NCBI GenBank assembly: GCA_051530055.1
Contig: CM121342.1
Location: 14,523,480 to 14,587,479, forward strand
Direction of reading: 5' to 3'
Length of the DNA: 64,000 nt
DNA from: Neoechinorhynchus agilis
Lineage: Eukaryota; Animalia; Acanthocephala
Shown piece by piece: positions 37,501 to 48,917 of this stretch (within the stretch, counting starts at the first letter, position 1; every line of letters begins with the position of its first letter). Both the position numbers and the translations under genes were made by a program. Under the pieces are notes generated by a model. The model saw only the letters and a list, made by a program, of their open reading frames with translations. It did not search any database and was not told where the DNA came from.

Positions 37501-37947
37501 ATTAAGGTGGGCACTCCTCGATACATGGCTCCTGAAGTACTCGAAGGTGCCATATCGTTTACACCTGCTGCCTTTCTCTGTATCGATGCATTCGCACTAT
37601 CGATGGTATTGTGGGAGCTACTCAGTCGACTGGAAGTGGACGACGGAAAGCCAAACACGTATCAACTTCCGTTTGAAGATTTAGTGGGATTAAACCCAAC
37701 GGTGGCTGAAATAAAAGATATTGTTGTTTTTAAGCGACAAAGACCGCCGTTTGCCGATTATCTTGAAAAAAATAAGGTAATTTAGTTTTGTTTCATCGCC
37801 ACCCAAACTCGACAAATTTTGGTTTAGGTTGCTGCTTTGGTGATAGAAACAATCCGAGATTGCTGGGACCAGGATGCCGAATCAAGACTTACTGTCATGT
37901 GCGCTTATGTTAGACTCAGAGAACTTTTTGATTTGCATGCATCGTAG
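34586..37947 (+). CDS. ACVR2: Activin/TGF-beta type II receptor Ser/Thr kinase (ACVR2/punt-like), multi-exon
   Basis: Signal peptide from ATG 34586; Cys-rich ectodomain ending CCCSRNGCN; [22 protein letters not shown]; kinase [77 protein letters not shown]; no GS box. Introns at about 37452-37506 and 37778-37827. Confidence 0.9.
35136..36568 (-). repeat. Eight 179-bp tandem units derived from a Penelope-like RT coding segment, filling the intron between ectodomain and TM exons
   Basis: Unit starts at 35136, 35315, 35494, 35673, 35852, 36031, 36210 and 36389 (all exactly 179 bp apart). The minus strand of the last unit reads [40 protein letters not shown]. Confidence 0.93.
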
Positions 37948-38789
37948 ATCTTTGAGTTTTAGAATCAAATAATGGTATGAGCTGATAGAATCTCCAGGGC
38001 TAATTGGTGCGAGATCATAACGAAGAAGGGACTTTTACTCACAAAAGAAACATTTCCACATCTACTACACGTTATTCTATACTGTTGAACGTAGTTTCGG
38101 AGGTTTTATAGATCTCAAACGAATATTGTTCTAACCACTGAATGACTGAAAAACCCATTCGTGACATTGTCAATGTTGATTAATCGAGCTCGATAAGGAG
38201 TCAGTTGATTTTTTATTCGGTAAGCCTTCCTAACGGTAACACTTTCTAGGCTAACAATTGAAATGCACAAGAGTTTAATAAATATTTGCGGGTTTCAGTT
38301 TGTCAGCTTCTTCGTGGCATTAATTTGACAACTCTTTGGTCATGTATTTTTCGGAAACTAAATTCGTTCTATGTTATTATAAAACAGTTAAACTCGCAGG
38401 TGGAAATTTATAAACTTTCAACTTCGGAAACTGTACTCAGCATTTCCAAATTCAAACTTTCTTAATCTAGAACAATGATGAATAGGTTTCAGGACGCTTA
38501 AACCTTCAAGATATGTGATCACTGTTGGGAGACTATTCAAGTAATTACTAGGCAACTATAGATATACATTATTGATCTCTATCAAGTCTTTTTTTTAGCA
38601 TTTTTCATTTTTCTCAGGATAGATAAGAAAATTATCGTCCGTTTTATGACTTAAACAAGAACAAGTTTCCGAAAACATGTACTTACTTTCTGAAAACGTA
38701 TCTTCTAGAATCTCATTGGGTTTCTAGGTTAATGCAACAAAGAAAATTCGTCGCCTTGAAACGATTCATAGAAGAGCCTTTAAAATTTG

Positions 38790-39110
38790 CGCACTTGATT
38801 TTCCTCCGCTCACCGAATGCATTAATAAAATTTTCATCATACAATCAAAACGCCTCTCAACACTACCACCACATTGTTTACCACATTTTATTACTCTTTT
38901 CATACGAGCACAACACTCGTAATCCCAATTCATTTCGTCGTTCCTTTTTTCATAATGCACAATCCTCTCGGATGTAATGAGCCGAAATGAAACCCAACCT
39001 AACAAGCTCTCTCGCAAACAATAACCACTGATCCCCACCTGAACGGACATCCGACTGAATCCGTAATCCACTCCAGAATCAACTACCTCATTCATTTAAC
39101 AAATCAGAAC
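38790..39110 (+). mobile_element. 3' fragment of the L2/CR1-like LINE
   Basis: caatcaaaacgc.t.tcaacactaccacca is shared with 32380-32470. ctgaacggacatcc is shared with the 52620-52730 3'UTR repeats. Confidence 0.65.
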
Positions 39111-39619
39111 CCGAGTGTTTATGAGGACTCAAAAGTACATGGGTCCCAATCTTTATGGATAAAGAAGTAAGCGTGATCGCCAAGGCTCATAATATATTTC
39201 TGGATATATAATTGAAAGTAACCTTTTTATATCGTAAGAGGTAGTTGTATTAAATGCGGAACCCAGAATCGCGGAGTAAAATCAGAATCGTCTATGACTT
39301 CATGTATTGATCAAAGGGCCTCTAATTGAAAATGTGAGACCTGTTTATAATAGCGCCATTAGAGCCGATTTATATAGAATAAACGTCCAAAACTTCATTT
39401 TTCCATAATAAATGGATATATGTCGAAGAAACCTTCTTTTAGACTATGGTTTCGAAATAAAGCGAGCATAAACGGTACGGATTTTAGATATTAGCGATAC
39501 TTTTCACTTTTCTTTTTTGTGTGTTAATTTCTGTACGACACTGCGTACTCCTCTCTTTTACATTTAAAATGCATATTGATCACATTTTAGTCGTGATCGA
39601 TCATCCATGATTTCAGATA

Positions 39620-42600
39620 AAATGCCTATGCGAGAAAATGACGCATATTTACTCAGTCGTCCAAACCAGGTTTTAAATCATCGGAATACTCTTTACCGAT
39701 CACATACTTCCATTAGATTATCGAATCTTCAATAGATCCGTATATTGATGATCTATATAGAGATGAAACAAACACTTATAAGATTTTACGTATTTGCGAG
39801 TCTATTTTCACTATATGCTCAGCAAAACCGTCCATTGCTAAATACGCTATTAAAACCCTAATTGAACGCGAGCACCGGATTCGATTGTCAAAACCTAACC
39901 CATCATGTAGCAATGATTTCATTAGCCTTGTATCGAAACTTCTTCCATTGTTGGACTACAAAAATGCCCGCGACGTCTACCAACATTTCCTTATTGCAAT
40001 GTCCCACCTTCCTAGTTCATGAATCGACTTCTGTGGGACATTCCTTTCATATGCGTTCGATTCATGACCTGAGCAAGTTTTATTTCCACGTCTATCCACT
40101 TTCCATCAATTAGTGAAATTGCTTAGAGAAGTCCTGTTCGATGAATCGACAAAACAATCACGGATTCCAGTTCTTATGCTTCACGAGTCAATGCAAGCTC
40201 CTCATTGTCAGAACTGTCCATCGAGATATCATTGGCTAATAAGCGAGCCAATCAACGAACACCTCGACACATTCATCCAAGTAACGAAGCTTATTAGCAT
40301 GAAGGGAAAACAGTTTTATTTCCCCATTCCTTTCCATTCAATGCCTCATTTATACTACTGGAAGCTTCATTGTTCTAAAGGGCGTTTCCAAACGAACATT
40401 AATTTTCCATTTAGTTCCCGCGGAATCGTGGGAAAACAAACAGCCCTGGTGGAATATTCTGTCTTTAATCAGAACAACTCATGTGAACTCACTATTTGTT
40501 TATTCGGTCTTCACAATATCGCTGATCCGCTCGTTAATCGAAAAATCAATGCCCTCGAAGATTACATCATACGATATCTAGGCCGTCTCGTTTCCTCCGG
40601 TCCGTCGTCATTGCAGCAACCTCCAGAAATATCCATGCAACAAGCAATTTCGATCCTCAGTAACCTGCTGCAATTATCGATCGTGAACGCCATAGGCGTT
40701 TGCGAACTTATACGTGGTCTTGCTAGATGGTTTAACGAAAATCGTCATTCGTTCCAGTCCGAGAATAAATATTGGCTACTTTGGATACTTCATCATCTTC
40801 TTTCTCTTCATCTCCTCAAGTCTCAACATAAGGTTATAAAAAGTTCTAATGTACAATTTAATCTTTTAAGAAACTCTGCCATTCATAGGTCAATCTATTA
40901 TTCGTTTTCGATCTGTTCAATATCCTATTTAATCAAGATGAGTTGGTTCCTAGTCCACCGCAACCAGCGAACTCATTCACTCTGGCACTGCTCGCCAGCA
41001 TTCACCTATATGACTTAGTATGCTCGAAAATGACTCCACAGGAAACTACGCCTCTACCAGCTTCATTGGGACATTTGTGGGAATATTCGAATCAACTAAA
41101 AATACGTTACAAATCCAATAGACCTCAGGTGTCTGAACTAGAATTCTCCTTGCTTTTGCAATCAGGTAAGAATTTTGTTAGCAAAAATTTCAATAGTACG
41201 TATAAATTATAATAATCTGAATGTCTTTATAAAGCGGAAAAAGTAGTGCGAATAAAACACTTAAACAACCTTGATAAGGGCACAAAATAGCGGACTTAAT
41301 AAATTACTTTAATTTTTTCCGCCATACGAAAACGTGAAGCCTAATCGAAATAAGCCCGAATCATTTACTTTTAGGGGATACAAATGAACGCGCGAGTTGC
41401 ATTGAAGCCTTGGTCAGGAAGTTTGCTGGACACCCGATTAATTCGCAGTCGTCCGAATCACCGATTGAACATCATATTGTCGACATTATTGGACCAATGC
41501 ATCGTTTAGCGTACGTTCCATTTCAAAATACCCTCGCCCGCCATACCAATGTAATCAGATTCACGCGTTATCTATTGCGAGCGCTCTTTAAGCCAGCAAT
41601 CGACGCGAACGACGGTGGATTTGTCTGCTACACCGGAATCGAGAGTCTAGCCAGGCTAATTGATCGATTAGATGTCGATCACCTGCCCATCAAAGATACA
41701 GGTTTATTTCTAAAACAAATAAGTCACTTTGATCGTATTTCACAGTTGCATTATTGACTCAATTCTCGGAAAATCAATCAATTTCCATTGGGCTATTCAA
41801 CGTTTTAGCTGAGTTGTGTTGTTATCGAATCAAATGGCCGCGATTATTGGCAAAAGATAGACTTAAAATGTACCACGTTCTAACCAAATCAATATCCAAG
41901 CGTGTTTGCAATGCACGCGATGGGGCAGTGGCGACGTGAGTACTTCACAAAAATCCATGTTTTGTTTAGTTTAATCATAGACAAATGTTCTGTATCCACG
42001 GATTCGTTTGGTATACCGATGATTACGACCTTGTGGTTACGGTCAACAAACAATCCGAAACGCAAAAACAACAGTTCATTGCTTTAGCAAGACGTGAGAT
42101 GGGCTGTTATTCGGCGATGAGTCGCGCTATGATACTGAGACTTTGCATTTCTTGCACTCGATTCGGGTTCTTAAACATTGGAGAAATGAGATTGTTTGTT
42201 AACTTTATTGCTGATATGATTTTGGCCAACAAGAACCCCCTACCGAATTGCCTTAGCCGTACATTTTCCAAAACGATAAGAGACGTAATGGCAATCGATG
42301 GTTTAATCGCACCTGCAGCTCAATATGAACGAATTCAAAGTCAGCTCTGTCGATTTCGATCGTTTCTCACTGCTCCCAATATTTCGTTTCAACAGCAGCA
42401 ATCTTCTGAGGAACAAATGCATCCTTATTTATTAACGTATGTTTCTACGTCTAATTCAGTGAACGAGAGACATCTGAGTATAGAGCAATTTTCCATTATC
42501 TACTGGATGATATATCGATTCAGGAATTAATGCCTTTTGCTGGAACGTATGTATTTTTTAAGACTTTTTATAAAAAATTTAATGTTTTCCCCATTAAATA

Positions 42601-44991
42601 TAGAAATATAGAACCTATAGCACAAAATTGAGTTCGTTTCCTCTAAAATGTTACTCTTATAATCGAAAATGATTAAATGTAACTTTTATTTTTTCGTATA
42701 AAAATACCGCTTAGTCATTAAAGTACAGACATTCGTTATGGATAAATCTATGGAAAAATTTATTCGAGATTAAAATTTGCTTTCCGCTGCACTCACGAAC
42801 ATCCATTTTACTCTTTAGTATTTACGACCGTATGTCGGTTGCGGATGAATGTCTTATGATAAACAATCTTGTTGACTATATATACGGAAAATTTTCTAAT
42901 CTGACATTAGCCAATGACAGTTCGTTATTTCGAAAGGTGGCCGACGCACTATCCTATATGATCCACACATGCAAACTCATGGCTACCGATCAGTTTTGTA
43001 TGCAACTGGTAAGTTAACAATGACTTTTTCTAAAGATTATAAAAAGACAAACCACCAACAAAAACATAGTTTCTTCAAGCAAGCACCGACGAAAACGTTC
43101 ATCTATCGATCGAGTTGTTTCTTCATATCCTTTCAAAATGGAGTTCGATTCGTGAAGCAATCGAGTTTATGCGTACGCCCAAGAGTAGATGTTTCCCTTC
43201 TCAATGCGGATTAGGCGATGACTGGTTGAAACTTGTTAACGATTTCAATGGGGTTTGTTTGGTTTCGATAAAAACCATAACATGAGTGATATAGCGATTT
43301 CGAGAAAGGACTTTATGGCAAGGAATCAGACATGTTGTAGATGGTTCTGATGCGAGTGCTTGTTCAAGTATCCGAACTCAAGGAGGACTCTATACGAACT
43401 TTGTCACGCGTCTAATTCCGGTATGACTTTATCGATTTTAGAGGCATATATCTCTTATTACGATGAAAAGGTTTTTGATATTCTCATCCATCACATATTC
43501 TCACTGCAGTCCCAGTGCCACCGAATCGAACGATTCGTTGAATTCGGTCATCTCTACCGGTTTCATCTTTGTCCAATTAGATTCGTTCACGAAATCTGTT
43601 TTCTTCATCGATGTACAATCAGTGGCTCACAGAAAATTGCCAATCGATTTTTTCTGTCAATATTAGGTAAGTGTAGAGAAACTATACGTTTATCAAAATC
43701 TTATTTGGCGAAAAAAAGATCCAATATGTCAAGAATCAAAAAGTTTTCAGTTCGCACTGAGTGATGCGTTCATGTCGTTCTTAAAGGACAATAATTCGTT
43801 GGACTTTACAAAAATCTATAGTGACGTTATTAGCAAATTAAGTGAAGGTAAAAACGTTATGATTTTCATCGAAAATAAGCATCGTGCTTCACTTAGCAAT
43901 GTTCGCAAGAAATAATAACGAAAACGATAACGAATTCAATAATCTTGTACCATCAACACTTTACTTAGGTTCAATTCAAATACTGCTTTCTTGTGATGAC
44001 CCTGCGAATCTTTGGAATGAATTCACAGAGACATTGTGCGTTTCGGTTGAGACTCAAATGGTGTTTTTTAAATTTAAAATCTTTTAGACTCGATCATATC
44101 TGGGACCAAAATACTTTTCAAAAACTGAATTCTACAGCTTTACTCTACTCTACGCTTCCAGTATGCTCGTTTCTTTTATTTGTTTATTTAGTCTCGAATA
44201 GGTAGATTTCTGGGCGCCTGTAACGGATGCGTTAAAACAAGCAATGGTTGAACATCCATTTTTGTGTTCCAATGACAGTCCAGACGAACTTTTTGACCTA
44301 CTTGATTTTGAAGAATGTTCTCAGATGGGTCTCGCATGTTCATTGAACATCCTTTTAGTCCGTTTTCATGGACTCCTGGAGCATGCAACTGAACTTGCAA
44401 TGGAAACTGTACTAAAGTACGTTTGCCTTTTAGTATTAAATAGATTTCATTCATCACAAACGTCCCGTTAAGAACCATTCATCAGGATATCGAAAGCTAC
44501 AGTTTGAATGAAAAAAAGCTACTGTATTTACAAGAAGATGGTGTCTCCGAGGAGCGTTTTAAATCATGTATCTTACAAAGAGAAGCCATTTGATATTCCA
44601 TATTTTAGCACCTTATCTTCCAAGATATCAGTCGTCGTCTTCATACCTCCTTCTTGAAGCCACACAAATTCTTTATGACGCTCTGGCACTGGCGGACATT
44701 GCAATCAACGGGAAGTTTTGTTCTAATAAAACCATAGCCGATTTGTTTTATTTCGTAAAATATAAAATGATCGGTGATCAGAATCGAGACTACGCTTCTA
44801 ATGTTATTCGAAAGTTGAAATCAACAACTTTGTTGCAATCTATGAGACTTATACATTCGACGGACAAGACCAGGCAAGATCCACTTTATGGCAATGGCGA
44901 TAACGATGATTATTATACATACTATATCACATGTGATAAGTTCATAGATCCGTTGTTTGATCGCCCATATAAACGCGATCGACTTCCGTAA
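39620..44991 (+). CDS. MED23: Mediator subunit 23, strongly diverged, multi-exon; 5' end uncertain
   Basis: LDYKNARD, HWL...WKL...QTALVEY, DKVFDILIH, and C-terminal HILAPYLPRY...IADLFYFVKYKMIGD, corresponding to MED23 ICDFLYHMKYMFTGD. Confidence 0.85.
41230..41335. mobile_element. Shortened foldback family 1 copy in a MED23 intron
   Basis: aagcggaaaaa...ttaaacaaccttgataagggcac...aataaattac...ttttttccgccatacgaaaac matches the right arm of 23531-23739. Confidence 0.75.
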
Positions 44992-45122
44992 TAAAACAGC
45001 CCTTAAAGATTTAAAGCTCACAAGAAGGATCGAAAAAGTAGTCGCGCCGCATAAACTGGTTTTTGGGAAGAATTTCGTTGGACACGCAAAGATTAATTAT
45101 TCATACGCACTAAACTTTCATT

Positions 45123-46345
45123 ACCGTGCGATAGGGTGAGCGCTCTCCCGTCTCACGAAGCGTTATTTCTGATAAAAACGCACTCTTTATCCCCAAATTG
45201 TTATATAAGGTCCTCACAGCTACATTCTTCAAACATAAGGAAGGATTGGCTAAGCTCGACGACAAAGTGAGGGCTTATCTCGAGCGTATTTTAAATGTCC
45301 AGCTCTCAGATGAGGCGTGGTTGCCTGTGTCATCTGGGGGAATTGGCATTCGGGCGCTAGTAGACCTTGCCAGCCTTTCTTGGATCGTATGAGCGGAGTC
45401 AACCGATAGCGAAGAAAATTCTGAGGGGAAAGTTTTGTCTTGACCATGACTTTGTGGTGGCAGTTAAAGAATGGTGCCAGCAGACAGGCGCTAACCATGT
45501 TCCCGTGAATGGCCTCAGACAGTCGATCTGGGATAAACCTCTCGTCGCTAGAGCTCACAGCTCTCTACTTTCCAGTTCTCGCGATGGGGTCGTCCGAGCT
45601 AGATTGTTGGTAGTTTCGACACGATAATCGGGGCGTGGTTGGAGGCTGTTACTCTGGCATCTGTGGGAACTCTTCTCACTGATGAGGTAACGAGGATCGC
45701 AGTTTCGTTAAGACTTGGTCTTCCGATATGCACGCCCCATCGCTATCGATGTGGGTCTTTGGTTGATGTTTTCGGGTGGCACGGTCGCGTTTGCCGAAAA
45801 TCGGGAGGAAGGTTCTCACGCCATTCTGAGATCAATAGCGTAATTTCTCGGGCGTTGAGAACGGCGAACTTCCCCAACATCTTGATAACCGCCCATCTTT
45901 GTCGACTAGACGGTCGTCGACCTGACGGAATTTCGGTCTTTCCGTGGCGGGAGGGCGAGTGCCTTCTCTGGGATGCCACGTGTGTGGGCACCCTCGCAGT
46001 AAGCAACATTCCCTACTCTCTCGAAATCGCTGGAGGTGCAGCCAGTGCAGAGGAAGGTACGAAAATATAGGGATTTAGCAAGCGCCCACTATTTTGTCCC
46101 CTTTGGAGTAGAGACCTATGGAGCGCTCGGCAGCTGGGCACTCACTCTGCTCCATGATCTCTCGAAGAAATTGAGAAAAACGACCGGCGACGCACGAGCA
46201 GGAGTAATCCTGCGACAAAATATCTTGCTTGCAGTACAACGAGGCAATGCTGCTAGCGTCATAGCGACAGCCGAGGAAGGAGAAAAGCTCTAATTTTGCG
46301 GACGGTGGTGATTGCACATTTTGCGCTTTATTATATTAAAAGGAT
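45123..46345 (+). mobile_element. 5'-truncated, frameshifted CRE-clade LINE, same subfamily as 1372-3335
   Basis: FFKHKEGLAKLDDKVRA...; VPVNGLRQSIWD; RRPDGISVFPWREGECLLWDATC; PFGVETYGALG. Several frameshifts and an in-frame stop near 45625. Confidence 0.92.
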
Positions 46346-46878
46346 TAAATTCATTTAGAAGTCTTCACCTGGTAAATAATTTTTCCATTAAAACCCTTTT
46401 TAAAACATCGTCGGGACTTGAGCAATAAAACAGCCCTTTAAAATTTAGAGCTCACAAGAAGGTTCGAAACAGTAGTCGTCCGGCATAAACTGGTATTTGC
46501 GAAGAATTTCGTTGGACACGCAAAAATTCATTATTCATACGCACTAAATTCATTGTTTAGGTCTTTACCCGGCAAACAATTTTTTTTATTAAAACATCGT
46601 CGGGACTTGCGCAATAAAACAGTCCTTTAAAATTTTGGAGCTCCAAAGAGGGTTCGAAAAAGTAGTCTTCTCGTATAAACTAGTTTTTGCGAAGAATTTT
46701 AAAATTGTTGAACACGCAAAAAATCATTATTTAAAATTCTTCACCGGGTAAATAATTTTTTTATTAAAAACCTCTGGGACTTGAGCAATAAAACAGTCCT
46801 TTAAATTTTGGAGCTTCAAAGACGATTCGAAAAAGTAGTCTTCTCGTATAAACTCGTTTTTGCGAAGAATTTTAAAAA

Positions 46879-47700
46879 TTTTTTATGAAGATTGGCCGCC
46901 GGTAACTTATATTGATGTGTGGTCTATTATGACACGGCTTTTAATTTTTTTTGGGGCCAAAGAAGTAATTCAATTACTCAAAGCACTGAACCATCCGGTA
47001 CGAGTTTGTGCATTCCTCCGGATCCTCAGATACCCCCAGGAGGCGGAACTCATCAGTGAGTTTCGCACCTTCAGCGGTATTTCGTCAACTTTGGTTATGC
47101 GTCATTGGTGGTAACGGATTCGAACCACTCGGCCCTTAATCGGGTACGGGCATTAGTTCACTTGACCACCTCGACACAACTACGGAATGTACAAACTCAG
47201 CCAATTTTATATTTATTAATTCAAGGGCCATTGAATTAGGATTTATTTTTTATGACCAGGTCGGTGGGCTGTGTGCCCAAAAAAATTAACAGTCGTGAGA
47301 TAATAGGCCACACATTGATATAAGTTACCGGCTGGCCAATCTTCATAAAAAATAAATCCTAATTGAATGGCCTTTGAATTAATAAATATAAAATTGGCTG
47401 AGTTTGTACATTCCGTAGTTGTGTCGAGGTGGTCAAGTGAACTAATGCCCGTACCCGATTAAGGGCCGAGTGGTTCGAATCCGTTACCACCAATGACGCA
47501 TAACCAAAGTTGACGAAATACCGCTGAAGGGGCGAAACTCACTGATGAGTTCCGCCTCCTGGAGGTATCTGAGGATCCGGAGGAATGCACAAACTCGTAC
47601 GGGATGGTTCAGTGCTTTGAGTAATTGAATTATTACTCTGAACCATGTCGGTGGGCTGTGTTCCCAAAAATTAACAGCCGTGTCATAATAGGCCACATAT
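46879..47700. mobile_element. Inverted arrangement of a roughly 370-bp tRNA-headed SINE-like unit: one minus-strand unit (46879-47255) plus tail and unit on the plus strand (47256-47700)
   Basis: A-box TGGTCAAGTGA at 47430-47440 and B-box GGTTCGAATCC at 47472-47482. The head GTAGTTGTGTCGAGGTGGTCAAG resembles the 5' end of tRNA-Ser. The two arms are near-identical reverse complements. Confidence 0.85.
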
Positions 47701-47905
47701 CGAATTTTAAAATCGTTGAACACGCAAAAATTCATATCGTCGGGACTTGCGCAATAAAACAGTCCTTTAAAATTTTGGAGCTCTAAAGAGGGTTCGAAAA
47801 AGTAGGCTTCTCGTATAAACTCGTTTTTGCGAAGAATTTTAAAAGGGTTGAACACACAAAAGTCATTATTCATACGCACTAAATTCATTGATTGGTATTT
47901 TGAAT

Positions 47906-48421
47906 TTAATCATTAGTCAGAGTGATTTCAATGCATCGAAGTCCTTTGGCCATTGGGTCTCCCATATGAACTCCATTTGGATGAAAAAGGCGCTTATTAG
48001 CATCTTCAATAAAATCGGATGCTTTGCGAGCAAACCGTTCATATTGAGTAGGTATGCACATAAAGATAAAATAGGCAGTTAAACACCCAAAGACGTTCTC
48101 AAGAAAGCTCTGCAAACTGATACTCTCAGCTTTCTCATAGTAGTCATTGATGCGTCGCATTACAGTAATGAATCGATCAGCGTCCACCCTCCCTCTCAGT
48201 TGATTTGGATAATCCTCGCAGAACCGGACAGCGACTCCTTCACTAAAGTCGCGTTGAATGAAAAACTTTGCCATGTTATGAGCGTTTGTCGCCGCACTTG
48301 ATGATATCTGTCGGTGTGGAAGCAGTAAAGTTCGGTTCTGCTGTGGTTGAGAGTGTCGACTTTGGTTCGCATTGGATGCGTTCGCTAAATGCAGTACCGG
48401 TTTTTGTTGTTGACTATGCAT
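47906..48421 (-). CDS. GOLGA7: Golgin A7 / Erf4 family palmitoyltransferase cofactor, intronless
   Basis: KFFIQRDFSEG...F...YP...F...INDYYEKAE...FLENVFGCLTAY.IF.C..T.YE...DPMAKGLRCIEIT. Confidence 0.93.
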   Translation of the reverse strand: MHSQQQKPVLHLANASNANQSRHSQPQQNRTLLLPHRQISSSAATNAHNMAKFFIQRDFSEGVAVRFCEDYPNQLRGRVDADRFITVMRRINDYYEKAESISLQSFLENVFGCLTAYFIFMCIPTQYERFARKASDFIEDANKRLFHPNGVHMGDPMAKGLRCIEITLTND

Positions 48422-48917
48422 TCACGTCTGTAAGGAGAGAACGAGAGAGAGTAGCTTTCGTGGTTGATTCTCCGGAAACTTATTCTAAGAAATAGAAGAA
48501 TGCGGGTTCAGTTTGGCTTTATTAAAAATGGAAATGTTTGTATTTGGCATGTATTAAAAGAATTTATTGATTCCAAACCATTCGGAACAATATTGTACGC
48601 GTTTTGATCAAGTGTGTTAAAGTATTCAATTTTGTCCTTTTCGATTGTACTTATCTGAGCACTATACGCGGTTGAAGACTTTATTTTCAACCGGTTAACT
48701 TGCTAAAAAAAGGACAGCCGAAAAAAAGGCCAACACCCGAATGAGAAAACTGATCAATTTGATTTGCAAATGAAATTCGCAGACCAAACCTCAATCGGGA
48801 AGAATTCCAAAAACCATTATTAGTCACTTTACGGTATTTATGATGTCACTGTGACGTAATACGGAAAACCCAAGTCTATTTAACATTTTTGTCACACATT
48901 GGGACACCAGTGGAGAC

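Larger units (their letters stand above)
44985..47890. repeat. Repeat family 3 (about 200-bp unit starting tttagaagtcttcacc): pieces at 44985-45122, 46346-46865 (about 2.5 tandem units) and 47700-47890
   Basis: Shared gacttg.gcaataaaacag.cc.ttaaa...gg.tcgaaa.agtag...gaagaattt...acacgcaaaaa.tcattattcatacgcactaaa. Confidence 0.85.

Noticed and set aside
47415-47490. Possible tRNA gene (A and B boxes, tRNA-Ser-like 5' end)
   Set aside because: No acceptor-stem pairing or convincing cloverleaf, and it is embedded in a dispersed repeat, so it is treated as a SINE head.
47524-47553. Alternative minimal hammerhead CUGAAGG-GGC-GAAA with hairpin ACUCA/UGAGU
   Set aside because: A9 is replaced by G, stem I cannot form, and the hairpin is not conserved in the 50600 copy.
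46860-47888. Two ORFs (46860..47114 plus, 47484..47888 minus) encoding the same peptide
   Set aside because: They are a by-product of the inverted SINE pair, with no coding features.
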